This document shows, one piece after another, positions 39,280-49,687 of a DNA stretch of 64,000 bases. Below the pieces are notes generated by a model. That model searched no databases, was not told where the DNA came from, and saw nothing but the letters and a program-made list of their open reading frames with translations. Each line of letters starts with the position of its first letter. Within the stretch, counting starts at the first letter, position 1. The stretch covers positions 1,056,001-1,120,000 of the forward strand of contig CAWETW010000003.1 in assembly GCA_963812155.1 (NCBI GenBank). The letters are read 5' to 3'. The stretch comes from Vulcanimicrobiota bacterium. Lineage in GTDB: Bacteria; Vulcanimicrobiota; Vulcanimicrobiia; Vulcanimicrobiales; Vulcanimicrobiaceae. A program made the position numbers and the translations under genes.

Positions 39280-40350
39280 ATGCAGGCGATCGTTTTGGTT
39301 GGAGGAGAGGGGACTCGGTTGCGGCCGCTGACGTACGGCACGCCGAAACCGATGGTGCCGATCGTCAACACGCCCTTTCTGGCCCGCACGATGGAGCGTC
39401 TGTACGAAGCCGGCATCCGCGACGTGATTCTTGCGGCCGGCTATATGCCGCAGGCGATCGTCGATTACTTCGGTGACGGGTCGCGGCTCGGCATGAAGAT
39501 TACGTACGTGATTGAGGAGTCTCCGCTGGGCACGGCGGGCGCGCTCAAGAACGTGGAGCAGCACATACGCGGCCGATTTTTCGTGTTGAACGGCGACGTG
39601 CTAACGAGTCTCGATTTGGGTGCGATGGTGGCGGATCACGTGCGCAACGGAGGCGTTGGAACGCTGCATCTGATCCCGGTCGAAGACCCGTCGGCTTTCG
39701 GATGCGTCGTGCACGACGGCAGCGGGTTGGTCAGCGCGTTCGTCGAGAAGCCGCCGCGCGAAGAAGCACCGACGAACGAAATCAATGCCGGCACATATCT
39801 GCTGGAACCCGAAATTCTCGCAATGATTCCGCCCGGTCGTAACGTCTCGATCGAGCGCGAGACGTTCCCCGAACTCATTGCAGCCGGCAAACGGCTTTAC
39901 GCGTACACGACCAACGATTATTGGATCGACGTCGGCCGGCCGGAGCAGTATCTCGCCGCGCACCGCGACATTCTCGTCGGCACGATGCCGCTGAAACTCG
40001 AGCCGGGCCTGACCGGCGCAGGATGCGAAGCGCTGCGCGGGCATCCGGGCGTCGTCCCTCCGGTACACGCAGCCGACGACGTCGTCGTCGATGCGACCGC
40101 AACGATTGGCCCCAACGTCGTGCTCGGACGCGGCTGCACGTTAGGAGCGCGCGCGGTCGTCCGGGAGTCGGTGCTCTGGGATCGCGTCAGCGTCGGCGCC
40201 GGCGCACGGATTGAAGAAGCGATCGTCGCCAGCGGTGTGACGATCGGCCCGGAAGCGAAAGTCGGTAAAGGAAGCGTTATCGGGCACGACGTCAGGATCG
40301 AACCGGGGCAAATACTCGAGCCTGGGAGCCGAGTCGGTCCGGTAAGGTAG
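39280..40350 (+). CDS. NDP-sugar pyrophosphorylase (mannose-1-phosphate guanylyltransferase-like)
   Basis: LVGGEGTRLRPLT..PKPM, LGTAGA, LNGD, FVEKP, YWIDVG; hexapeptide C-terminus. Confidence 0.93.
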   Translation: MQAIVLVGGEGTRLRPLTYGTPKPMVPIVNTPFLARTMERLYEAGIRDVILAAGYMPQAIVDYFGDGSRLGMKITYVIEESPLGTAGALKNVEQHIRGRFFVLNGDVLTSLDLGAMVADHVRNGGVGTLHLIPVEDPSAFGCVVHDGSGLVSAFVEKPPREEAPTNEINAGTYLLEPEILAMIPPGRNVSIERETFPELIAAGKRLYAYTTNDYWIDVGRPEQYLAAHRDILVGTMPLKLEPGLTGAGCEALRGHPGVVPPVHAADDVVVDATATIGPNVVLGRGCTLGARAVVRESVLWDRVSVGAGARIEEAIVASGVTIGPEAKVGKGSVIGHDVRIEPGQILEPGSRVGPVR

Positions 40351-40382
40351 CGGCCGTTAAGGGAGCGGCCCGAGGAACGGCA

Positions 40383-40406
40383 CTTCGACTCGCTCCGCTC
40401 GCTCAG
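40383..40406. repeat. REP-like element, degenerate copy
   Basis: CTTCGACTCGCTCCGCTCGCTCAG. Confidence 0.55.
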
Positions 40407-40566
40407 TAGAGGCCCTGGGCGGCAACCATTCTTCCCGGCAAGGTGTCCAAGCAGGCAGGCAGCCCTTCAACTATGCATCGCTAAGGCGGCGCTGCGCCCT
40501 GGGTGACACGGTGGACCGGTGCATTCGGGCGCGCGCAAGAAGGAGCGTCCTTCAACTGCTGATACA

Positions 40567-40594
40567 GGTTTATTGCGATACGGTCGCCGGGTAC
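40567..40594 (+). promoter_or_regulatory. SigB/SigF-type stress promoter candidate
   Basis: GGTTT-17 nt-GGGTAC, about 37 nt upstream of the GT4 start. Confidence 0.5.
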
Positions 40595-40631
40595 GTTTAG
40601 GTCCACAGCAAGTGGAGGGTTCCTTACCGTT

Positions 40632-41804
40632 ATGTTGCCGCCGCGCGCGTTATTCTTAGGGTCGTATCCTCCGCGTGAGTGCGGGATCGCGACCTTTAAC
40701 AAAGACGTCGTCGATTCGTACAATCGGGCGTTCGGCGTTACGAGTCAGGTCGTCGCAATCGACGAGCCTGGTGCCGAAACGCGCCGTTACGGTCCCGAAG
40801 TCGTCGCACGTTTAAGCGAGCAAGACCGCTTTAGTTACGGCATCGTCGCCGACGCCGTCAACCGTCATCCCGCCGATCTCGTCAACGTCCAGCACGAATA
40901 TGGGCTCTTCGGCGGCGAACGCGGCGAGTGGCTCGTCGATTTGATGCGCGCCGTGAAGAAGCCGGTCGTCGTGACGCTGCACACCGTGCTGCCGAATCCC
41001 GACGAAACGATGCTGCGGGTTACGCGCGAACTCTGCGACAGCGCCGCACGCGTGGTCGCGCTTTCCGAAACGGGCCGCACGCTGCTGGAGAGCGTCTACG
41101 GCATCGATCCGACAACCCTGCGTGTCATCCATCACGGCGTGCCGGACGTGCCGTTTCAGAGCACCGACGCCGCGAAAGCGTCGTTCGGCATCGGCCAGCG
41201 CGCCGTCATCTCGACCTTCGGCTTGATCAGCCGCGGCAAAGGCCTGGAGTACGCGATCGAAGCGATGCGCGAGGTCGTGAAACGCCATCCTGAAGCGCTC
41301 TACCTCATTCTCGGCGCCACGCATCCCGTCGTGCGGCGCCAAGAAGGCGAATCGTATCGCGAATCGCTGCAGGAGAAGGTACGCGAATACGGCCTTCAAT
41401 ACAACGTGCAGCTCGTCGACAAGTATCTACAGTTCGACGAACTGGTCGGCTATCTGGGCGCCATCGACATCTATCTAACGCCATATCTGAACCCCGATCA
41501 GATCGTCAGCGGCACGCTGGCGTATGCCGTGGGATGCGGCAAAGCCATCGTCTCGACACCGTATCTCTACGCACAGGAACTCTTGGCCCACAATCGCGGG
41601 TTCCTCTGCGACTTCCGCGACTCGGCGTCGATCGTGCGCCAGCTCAACCTGCTGCTCGACCATCCGGACTTACGACGCGCGACCGAGCGGCGCGCGTACC
41701 GTTTCGGCCGGCAGATGACGTGGCCGCACGTTGCCGTCGAGTACGGCAACCTCTTTCTCGAAGTCGCGCCGCCCGACTCGCTGGAATTGGTGACGTCGGC
41801 GTGA
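40632..41804 (+). CDS. Glycosyltransferase family 4
   Basis: SYPPRECGIATF, QHEYGLFGG, FGLISRGKGLE, TPY..PDQIVSGTLAYA. Confidence 0.92.
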   Translation: MLPPRALFLGSYPPRECGIATFNKDVVDSYNRAFGVTSQVVAIDEPGAETRRYGPEVVARLSEQDRFSYGIVADAVNRHPADLVNVQHEYGLFGGERGEWLVDLMRAVKKPVVVTLHTVLPNPDETMLRVTRELCDSAARVVALSETGRTLLESVYGIDPTTLRVIHHGVPDVPFQSTDAAKASFGIGQRAVISTFGLISRGKGLEYAIEAMREVVKRHPEALYLILGATHPVVRRQEGESYRESLQEKVREYGLQYNVQLVDKYLQFDELVGYLGAIDIYLTPYLNPDQIVSGTLAYAVGCGKAIVSTPYLYAQELLAHNRGFLCDFRDSASIVRQLNLLLDHPDLRRATERRAYRFGRQMTWPHVAVEYGNLFLEVAPPDSLELVTSA

Positions 41805-42892
41805 GACATCGCAACGCGCTGGTTCCCGGACTCGAGCATCTCGCCGTACTGTCCGACGACACCGGCGTCATCCAGCACGCCACCGAGTCGGTTCCGAACC
41901 GCGCGACCGGATACTGCACCGACGACGTCGCGCGCGCCTTTATGGTGGTGCTGGCGCGACTGCAGTCGGCTCCGCGCGACGAACTCGCCGCGCGATTAGC
42001 GTCGACCTACCTTTCGTTTCTCGAATCCGCGCAGCTCGAGGACGGCCGGTTTCACAACTTCATGAATTACGAGCGTGCGTGGCTCGACGAGGTCGGAACG
42101 CAGGACAGCTGCGGCCGCGCGATGTGGGCGCTCGGCTACGGCATGCGCTACGCCCCCGCGCATTCGTGGCGCCGGTTGTGCACGACGCTCTTCGAGCGCG
42201 GACTGGGCGCGATCGACGACTACGATTTCGTGCATCCGCGCGCGTATACGCTGATCGGGTTGTCGCACGCGCTCGCGGTCCGTAAGGAGCCGCGCTACGC
42301 GGCCGCCGCGCGGTATTTGGCCGGGGCGCTCGTGACATCGTACGAGCGCGAACGCCGCGACGATTGGAAATGGTTCGCGCCCGTCATGACCTACGACAAC
42401 GCGCGGTTGCCCGAGGCGATGATTCGCTCCGCCGCCGCCCTCGCCGAGGCGCAATTCGGCGAAATCGGCCTGGAAACGCTGAATTTCTATGAAGGCGTTA
42501 CGCTCGATTCTGGAATGTTCGTGCCGATCGGCAACAACGGCTGGTATCCTCGCGGTGGTGCGCGCGCCGTCTACGCGCAGCAGCCGCTCGAGGCGGCCGC
42601 ACTCGTGGATGCCGAGCTCGCGGCACTCGATGCGACCGGCGATCCGGCGCATTTCGCGAATGCCGAACTCGGATTGGCCTGGTTTTACGGGAAAAATTCG
42701 CGCGCGGAGACGATGGCGCACGGCGGCGGATGCTACGACGGTCTCGAGGAAGACGGCGTAAATCGCAACATGGGCGCCGAGTCCACGCTCGCCCTGCTCG
42801 CCGCCGCCTACGCCGTGGGCTCCCTGCGCGCGCGCTCCGCATCGAACGTGCGCCTCGCGCCGCTCCGTTCTATGTCGATCCGGTCGGGGTAG
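41801..42892 (+). CDS. Six-hairpin glycosidase-like protein, commonly partnered or fused with this GT4 subfamily
   Basis: DDTGVIQHA, GYCTDD.ARA, TYDNARLP, QQPLEA, GGCYDGL...VNRNMGAEST; GTGA overlap with the GT4 stop. Confidence 0.8.
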   Translation: MRHRNALVPGLEHLAVLSDDTGVIQHATESVPNRATGYCTDDVARAFMVVLARLQSAPRDELAARLASTYLSFLESAQLEDGRFHNFMNYERAWLDEVGTQDSCGRAMWALGYGMRYAPAHSWRRLCTTLFERGLGAIDDYDFVHPRAYTLIGLSHALAVRKEPRYAAAARYLAGALVTSYERERRDDWKWFAPVMTYDNARLPEAMIRSAAALAEAQFGEIGLETLNFYEGVTLDSGMFVPIGNNGWYPRGGARAVYAQQPLEAAALVDAELAALDATGDPAHFANAELGLAWFYGKNSRAETMAHGGGCYDGLEEDGVNRNMGAESTLALLAAAYAVGSLRARSASNVRLAPLRSMSIRSG

Positions 42893-42933
42893 TACTCACA
42901 GGCCCGCTTGCCGCGTGCGGCGAATCCGAGGTG

Positions 42934-45093
42934 ATGCTCCTCGAGACCGAAATCCTCAACGACGTGCAAGCCGCGGCCGTTCGGAAAACCGATGGCCCGG
43001 TGTTGATTTTTGCCGGAGCCGGCAGCGGCAAGACGCGCGTGCTCACACATCGCATCGCCTATTTGCTGGGCGAAATGCGCGTCGATCCGGATCGCATTTT
43101 GGCGGTGACGTTCACGAACAAAGCCGCCGGCGAAATGAAGTCGCGCCTGCACGAGATGGTCGGCACGGCGGCGCGCGACGTGTGGGTCGGGACGTTCCAC
43201 TCAATGTGCGTGCGCATCTTGCGCCGCGACGGCAGCCGTATCGGCATCGGCTCCAGATTCGCCATTATCGACGACACCGATCAGCGGCAGCTCGTCAAGG
43301 AAATTCTCGACGATCTCGATTACGACGAACGGCAGCTCGCGCCGGGTGCGTGTCTGGCCGAGATCAGCAAAGCGAAGAACGCGCTGATTTGGCCCGACGC
43401 GTTTGCGGAACGCGCGACGTCGTTCGTCGCCGAGCGCATCGCCAACGTCTACTCCGAGTATCAGCGGCGCTTGGCGGAGTCGAATTCGCTCGACTTCGAC
43501 GACCTCATCGTCCGCACGATCGATCTGCTCGAGCGCGACGAGACGACGCGAGCCAAATATCAGGGCAAGTTCGAGTACGTGCTCGTCGACGAGTACCAAG
43601 ACGTCAATCCCGCGCAGTACCGGCTGGTCGCGCTGCTGGCGGCGCGTCATGGCAATATCACCGTGGTCGGCGACGACGACCAGTCGATCTACTCCTGGCG
43701 CGGCAGCGACTATCGCATGATCCTGCGCTTCGAAGAAGACTTTCCCGGCGCGCAGATCTTCACGCTGGAGGAGAACTATCGCAGCACGCAACGCATCCTC
43801 GACGCGGCCAACGCCTTCGTCGAGCACAACAAGACGCGTGCGGCAAAGAAGCTCTTCACGCGGCGCGACGACGGCGAGCCGATCACCGTCTATTCGGCGC
43901 AGACCGAACGCGACGAAGCGCGCTACGTCGTCGAGAAGATCAAGAGTCTGGTTCGCGACGGCGCCGCCTATCGGGATTTTCTCGTGCTCTATCGCACCAA
44001 CGCGCAGTCGCGCGTCTTCGAAGAGGCGCTGCTCGCCGAAGGCATTCCGTATCGCGTCGTCGGCGGCGTCGGGTTTTACGCGCGCGCCGAGATCAAGGAC
44101 GTCATCGCGTACCTGCGCTACATCGTGAATCCATCGGACGCGCTGGCGTTCAAGCGCATCGTCAACGTCCCGCGGCGCGGCATCGGGCAGCAGACGTTGG
44201 CCGCGCTGGTGCAGGCGGCCAACGCGGCGCACCTCTCGGTCGGCGAGGCCGTGTTTTCGGGCGAACTGCTGCGCGCGGCCGTTCCCAAGAAGCTGAAGGA
44301 ACTCGAGCGCTTCGCGAGCCTCATCGAGGAGTTCCGCAAGCGGGTCGAAACGATGAGCGTCGCCGACCTGCTCGTCGACGTCATGGAAGACTCGGGCTAC
44401 GTGCGCGAACTGCAGGCCGAGGATACGCACGACGCGCGGGCGCGCCTGGAAAATCTGCACGAACTCGTCGGCGTGGCGCGCGAGTACGAGGCGAGCGATC
44501 CGGAACCGACGCTGTCGGGATTCTTGGCAAACGTCGCGCTGATCAGCGATCTCGACGCGCTCGAAGACGACGCCTCGTACGTCACGCTGATGACGATGCA
44601 CGCGGCCAAAGGCCTCGAGTTTACCAGCGTCTTCATGACGGGACTGGAAGAAGGCGTCTTTCCCCACAGCCGTGCGCTCAACGATACGACCGAACTCGAA
44701 GAAGAGCGGCGGCTCGCCTACGTCGGGCTGACGCGTGCGATGGATCGCCTTTTCCTCACGTTCGCATCCGGCGCGCGCTCTACGGCAACACGTACGCATA
44801 TCCGAAGTCGCGGTTCCTCGACGAAATGCCGGAACTCGAATTTCTCGAGAGCGACAGCGTGCCGCTGCCGCGCCCTGGAGGCGGCCGCTGGCGCGAAGTC
44901 TCGATTCACGAGTCGGCCGGTGCTGGCGTCCATCTCGGGCTCGAGCGCGGCGACAACGTTCGGCATCCGAAATGGGGCGAGGGCACGATCGGGAGCGTCG
45001 TCGGCGCGGGCGGCGATGGTCTGGTGACGATCGACTTTCCGAACGTCGGCCAAAAGATGCTGATGCTCAAGTACGCTCCCCTCGAAAATTTAA
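42934..45093 (+). CDS. pcrA: ATP-dependent DNA helicase PcrA/UvrD (apparent frameshift ~44765; exact 3' end uncertain)
   Basis: AGAGSGKTRVLT, VDEYQD, LEENYRST, TMHAAKGLEF, EERRLAYVGLTRA; C-terminal VRHPKWGEG Tudor-like domain in the next frame. Confidence 0.93.
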
Positions 45094-45126
45094 AAAAATC
45101 GAAGCTTCCTTTTGGTATCAAGGCGG

Positions 45127-45846
45127 ATGATACGAGTCGCCGTGGCGGGGGTGCAGGGACGGATGGGCCGCGTCGCCGTGGAAGCGCTTGCGTCGTCCGC
45201 CGATTTCGCGTACGCCGGCGGGTTGGCGCGGCGCACGGATGCGGCTAGCGCTACGTTCGACGCGATTGACGCGCTGTTCGCGCAAGGCGAACCGGACGTG
45301 CTGCTCGACGTCACGACGCATCCGGGCTCGGTGCAGATTTCGATGGGTGCGCTCGAGCGCGGCGTGCGCCTGGTGGTCGGCGCGAGCGGCTGGACCGCCG
45401 CCGAAACCGAGGCGCTCGGGCGATTGGCGGAGGAGCGGAGTTTCGGGGCGATGATCGTGCCGAACTTTTCGATCGGCGCAGTCCTCATGATGCGGTTTGC
45501 CGAAGAAGCCGCGCGATACTTTCCGCGAGCGGAGATCGTCGAAATGCATCGCAGCGAGAAGAAAGACAAGCCGTCCGGGACCGCGCTGCAAACCGGCGCG
45601 CGCATAGAGCGCTCGGGCGGCGCGAAGCCGGAAATTCACAGCGTGCGTCTGCCGGGATTGGTCGCGCATCAAGAAGTGCTGTTCGGCAATGCGGGCGAGC
45701 TGCTGACTATTCGGCACGATTCGTTTTCGCGCGAGTCGTTCGTTCCGGGGATTCTCGCTTCGCTGCGCGCGGTGATGCGCTTACGCGGATTGCGCATCGG
45801 CCTCGACGCGATTCTCGACGAGATGAGGGCAGGGCAATCGACGTAG
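45127..45846 (+). CDS. dapB: 4-hydroxy-tetrahydrodipicolinate reductase
   Basis: IRVAVAG..GRMG, PNFSIGA, EMH...K.D.PSGTA, HSVRLPG..AHQEV.F. Confidence 0.95.
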   Translation: MIRVAVAGVQGRMGRVAVEALASSADFAYAGGLARRTDAASATFDAIDALFAQGEPDVLLDVTTHPGSVQISMGALERGVRLVVGASGWTAAETEALGRLAEERSFGAMIVPNFSIGAVLMMRFAEEAARYFPRAEIVEMHRSEKKDKPSGTALQTGARIERSGGAKPEIHSVRLPGLVAHQEVLFGNAGELLTIRHDSFSRESFVPGILASLRAVMRLRGLRIGLDAILDEMRAGQST

Positions 45847-46863
45847 CGGTAGTCGGCGCGACCGGCGTGGTCGGCGAGACGATCGTGCGCGTGCTGGAAG
45901 AGCGGCGGATTCCGGTGGGCGAACTCGGAGCGTTTGCGTCGGCGCCTCGCGCGGCGGCCGTATCGTTTCGCGGCAGCGCGCTTGACGTGCGCGCGACGAG
46001 CGACGAAGCGCTGCGCGACTACGACGTCGTGTTCTTTGCGGGCGGCGAAGATGCGAGCGAACGCTACGCGCCGCCGCTGCTCGAACGCGGCTGCGTCGTC
46101 ATCGACAACAGCTCGACGTTTCGCATGCGCGACGGCGTGCCGCTGATCGTGCCCGAGGTGAATGCCGAGGCGATCAAGGCCGAAGATCGGCTCTTTCCGG
46201 TTGCGAACTGCACCGCAATCATTCTCTGCACGGCGCTGCGCTCCGATTCGCGACGCGGCGGGATTGCATGCCGTGCGCGTCGCGACGTATCAGGCGGCAA
46301 GCGGCGCAGGCCGAGCCGGTCTCGACGAACTGCAGGCGGGAGAACGCGCCGCGGTGCTTGGCGAGAACGAGCCCGAGCCTCGCGCGTTTCCGCGTCCGAT
46401 CGCGCGCAACGTCATGCCGCAGGTCGGCCCGTTGGATTCCGGCGGATTCACCGGCGAAGAGCGGAAGATTTGCGCCGAAACGCGCAAGATGCTCGGGCTG
46501 CCCGAGTTGCTCGTCAGCGCCATTACGGTGCGCGTGCCGGTGCGCCACGCGCATTCTGAAGCGGTGTTCGTGGAGACGGAACGCGCGACGGACGCCGCTA
46601 CACTGGCAGACGAACTGCGGCGTGCGGCCGGCGTGGTGTTTCACGGCGACGGCATCGTGACGCCGCGCGACGTGGAAGGCGACGACCGCGTGCACGTCGC
46701 GCGCCTGCGTTCCGAATCGGCGACGGGCAACGAGTTCGCGTTGTGGTGCACGGGCGATCAACTGCGTAAGGGGGCGGCCACCAACGCGGTTCAGATTCTC
46801 GAAGCTCTTGCTGGCACGAGGTTTCGTCGGGGCGTGAACGCGACCGGCGCATCGCCGTGTTGA
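45831..46863 (+). CDS. asd: Aspartate-semialdehyde dehydrogenase (frameshift ~46243; start unclear)
   Basis: IDVAVVGATGVVG, IDNSSTFR, VPEVN, NCT, TYQAASGAG, VRVPV..HSE, DQLRKGAATNAVQI. Confidence 0.92.
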
Positions 46864-48051
46864 AATTCGGCGGAACATCGGTTGGGACGCGCGAGCAGCG
46901 CGAGATTGCGTATCGCGCGCGTCGCGGACGCGCAAGCGGCCGGCTTTGCGACGGTTGCCGTCGTATCGGCGATGGGACGTCCGCCGGCTCCGTACGCGAC
47001 CGATTCGCTGCTGGCACTGCTCGACGGGCGCAGCGGCTCGCGCAACGCCGACGTGCTGCTCGCCGCCGGCGAGTTGATTGCGGCGGCCGTATTTGCCGAC
47101 GAAGCGAGCGCACGCGGCATTCCGGCGGTCGCACTGACCGGCGCGCAGGCCGGCATCGTTACCGACGAGCGCTTCGGCGACGCGACGATCGTGCGCGTCG
47201 AGCCACGCGGCGTTGCGGAGTTGCTCGATCGCGGCGTCGTACCGGTGTCGCAGGATTCCAGGGGCGCAGTGAAAGCGGCGCCATTACGACGCTCGGGCCG
47301 CGGCGGCACCGATCTGTCGGCGATTGCGATCGGTCACGCGCTGCAGGCCGAACGCGTCGACATCTACACCGACGTCAGCGGCGCGATGACGGCCGATCCG
47401 CGGCGCATTCCCGGCGCGCGCACGATCGAGCGCGCATCGCTCGAAGAAATGACCGAACTCGCAGAGCAGGGCGCCAAGGTGATGCATCACAAGGCGGCCG
47501 AGTACGCGGGGCGTACCGGCATGCGCTATGCGATCAAAGGGCTGCGCAGCGATCCCGGGACGATCGTCGACGAAAGCGTCGATCATCATCGTCCGGTCAC
47601 CGGCGTCACGTCGACCGGGCGAATGACGTGGGTGCGCGTCATTCGCGGCGACATCGAATCGCCGCAACGGCGCATGCAGACGGAGCTGGAGATGTTTGCG
47701 CGGCTGGCGGAGGCTGGGATTTCGATCGATCAGGTGACGATCAATCAAGCCGGAGTCGCGTTCGTCGTGGAAGGCGACCGCGGAAACGACCTGCGCGCGC
47801 TGCTCGGCGATTTGAACCTCGCGGTGCGCGTGCGCGAAGGCTGCTCGAAGGTCTCGGTCGTCGGCAGCGGGATGCGCGACACGCCCGGCGTCGTGCGTGA
47901 AGTCGTCGCGGCGCTCTCGCGCGAAAACGTCGAAATCATTCACTGCACCGACAGCAACGTCACGATTTCGCTGCTGGTCCCGTCGGACGACGTTGCGCGC
48001 GCCGAACGGGCGGTGCACGACCAGTTCCATCTCGACGCGAGGATCGCATAA
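46834..48051 (+). CDS. dapG: Aspartate kinase, Bacillus DapG (AK I)-like; several indels
   Basis: KFGGTSV, VVSAMGR..PYATDSLL, VAGFQG..TTLGRGG.D, YTDV.G.MTADPR, GAKVMH; ACT domains. Confidence 0.88.
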
Positions 48052-48922
48052 TGATACAGGCCGCGATCATCACGGCGATGATCACGCCGTTCGATTCCCG
48101 CGGCGCGCTCGATACGCCGAGTCGGGCCGTCTCGCACGCTGGCTGGTCGACCGCGATACGGACGGTTTCGTCGTGGCCGGATCGACCGGCGAGGGGCAGA
48201 CGCTCGATCGCAGCGAGCGCATCGCGCTGTGGAAAGCCGTGAAAGATGCGGTCGGCGATCGCGCGGCGGTGATTGCCAATGCCGGGACGAGTTCGACGCG
48301 CGAATCGGTGGCGCTCACGGCCGACGCGCAGGCGGCGGGCGCCGATGCGATTCTTGCGGTCGTTCCCCCTTACATCAAGCCGACGCAAAGCGGGATGCTC
48401 GAACACTTCGGTGCGATTGCCGAAGCGACGCCGCTGCCGGTGATCGTCTACAACATCCCGGGTCGGACCGGTACGAACATGCTGCCCGAAACGCTGCTCG
48501 AGCTGGCCGCACGGCATGCCAACGTGACCGGCGTCAAAGAATCGAGCGGCGATTTGAAGCAAATCGGCACGATTCTCGAGCGGCGGGCGCCGGGTTTCAA
48601 AGTATGGGCCGGCGACGATCATCTATTTCTCCCGTGCTTGGCGATCGGCGCCGACGGCGTCGTCGGCGTGGCGACGCACATCGTGTCGCGCGAGTACCGC
48701 CACATGCTCGATGCGTATCGAGCCGGACGCGTGGGTGAGGCGGCCGAAATTCATCTGCGGTTTTTGCCGCTGATCGACGCGCTGTTTGCAACGACGAGTC
48801 CGATTCCGATCAAGTGGGCGATGAATCACATCGGCTTTCATGCCGGCTCGTGCCGCCTGCCGCTCGACGCGATGCCCGCAGCGCTGGCGGAACGGTTGCG
48901 TCCGCTGTTGCCGGGAGATTAG
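48051..48922 (+). CDS. dapA: 4-hydroxy-tetrahydrodipicolinate synthase (frameshift ~48115)
   Basis: TAMITPFD, GSTGE, VYNIPGRT, GVKESSGD, SPIPIKWA. Confidence 0.95.
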
Positions 48923-48928
48923 GCGCAC

Positions 48929-49687
48929 GTGAAGGATTCCGTGCAGATTCTCGGCTGCCGGGTCGACGCCATCGACGCGGACGACGCGGCCGAGCGAATT
49001 CTCGAGCTCGCGATGCACGGCGACGGTGCGCAAGTCGTGACGCTCGGCACCGAGATGGTCGTGGCGGCGCAGAAGGACGAGCGCTTCCGCGAGGTCGTCA
49101 ACGCGAGCGCGCTGTCGCTTTGCGACACGGTCGGCGTGCTGACGGTCGCGCGACGTCGCGGTGCGGCGCTGCACGAACGCGTCACCGGAGTGGAACTCAT
49201 CGACCGGTTGTGCGGCCTGGCAGCAGCGCGCGGCGTTCCGGCATTCTTTCTCGGCGGGGCCGAAGGCGTCGCCGCCGATGCCGCAGCGATTCTCGAAGTC
49301 CGCTTTCCGGGTCTCGTGGTGGCGGGCACGCGCAACGGGTATTTCAGCGACGCGGAGTCGGCCGAAGTCGTTTCCGCAATCCGCGAAAGCGGCGCGAAGC
49401 TGCTTTTCGCGGGCATCGGTTCGCCACGACAAGAGTTCTGGCTGGCCGAGCACTTGCGTGACACGGGATGCGGCGCCGGAATCGGCGTTGGCGGTTCGTT
49501 CGACGTTTTGGCGGGGCGCGTCGTGCGGGCGCCGCGGCTGATGCGGCGCTACGGGCTGGAATGGCTCTATCGTTTGGGCAAAGAGCCGCATCGCTGGCGC
49601 CGGCAACTTGCGTTACCTGCGTTTGTGTGGCTCGCAATGCTCGAAGGGTTCGGCTTGCGTTCCAAAAGGGGTTCGGTGAATCCGTGA
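48929..49687 (+). CDS. WecB/TagA/CpsF family glycosyltransferase
   Basis: ERVTGVEL, GIGSPRQEFW, GVGGSFDVLAG..RAP..GLEWLYRL..EP.R. Confidence 0.93.
   Translation: MKDSVQILGCRVDAIDADDAAERILELAMHGDGAQVVTLGTEMVVAAQKDERFREVVNASALSLCDTVGVLTVARRRGAALHERVTGVELIDRLCGLAAARGVPAFFLGGAEGVAADAAAILEVRFPGLVVAGTRNGYFSDAESAEVVSAIRESGAKLLFAGIGSPRQEFWLAEHLRDTGCGAGIGVGGSFDVLAGRVVRAPRLMRRYGLEWLYRLGKEPHRWRRQLALPAFVWLAMLEGFGLRSKRGSVNP

Noticed and set aside
40410..40560. Structured ncRNA in the gap before GT4 (CCTTCAACT occurs twice)
   Set aside because: No convincing extended fold or known family motif identifiable by eye.
42915..45248. 777-aa Arg-rich ORF and other long shadow ORFs (e.g. 5579..6967, 43201..44799, 51077..52234)
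   Set aside because: Alternative-frame or antisense shadows of real high-GC genes; only the 3' part of 42915..45248 is the shifted PcrA tail.
44750..48130. Programmed ribosomal frameshifting in pcrA/asd/dapG/dapA
   Set aside because: No slippery heptamers evident, too many events, and not known for these genes; sequencing error is simpler.
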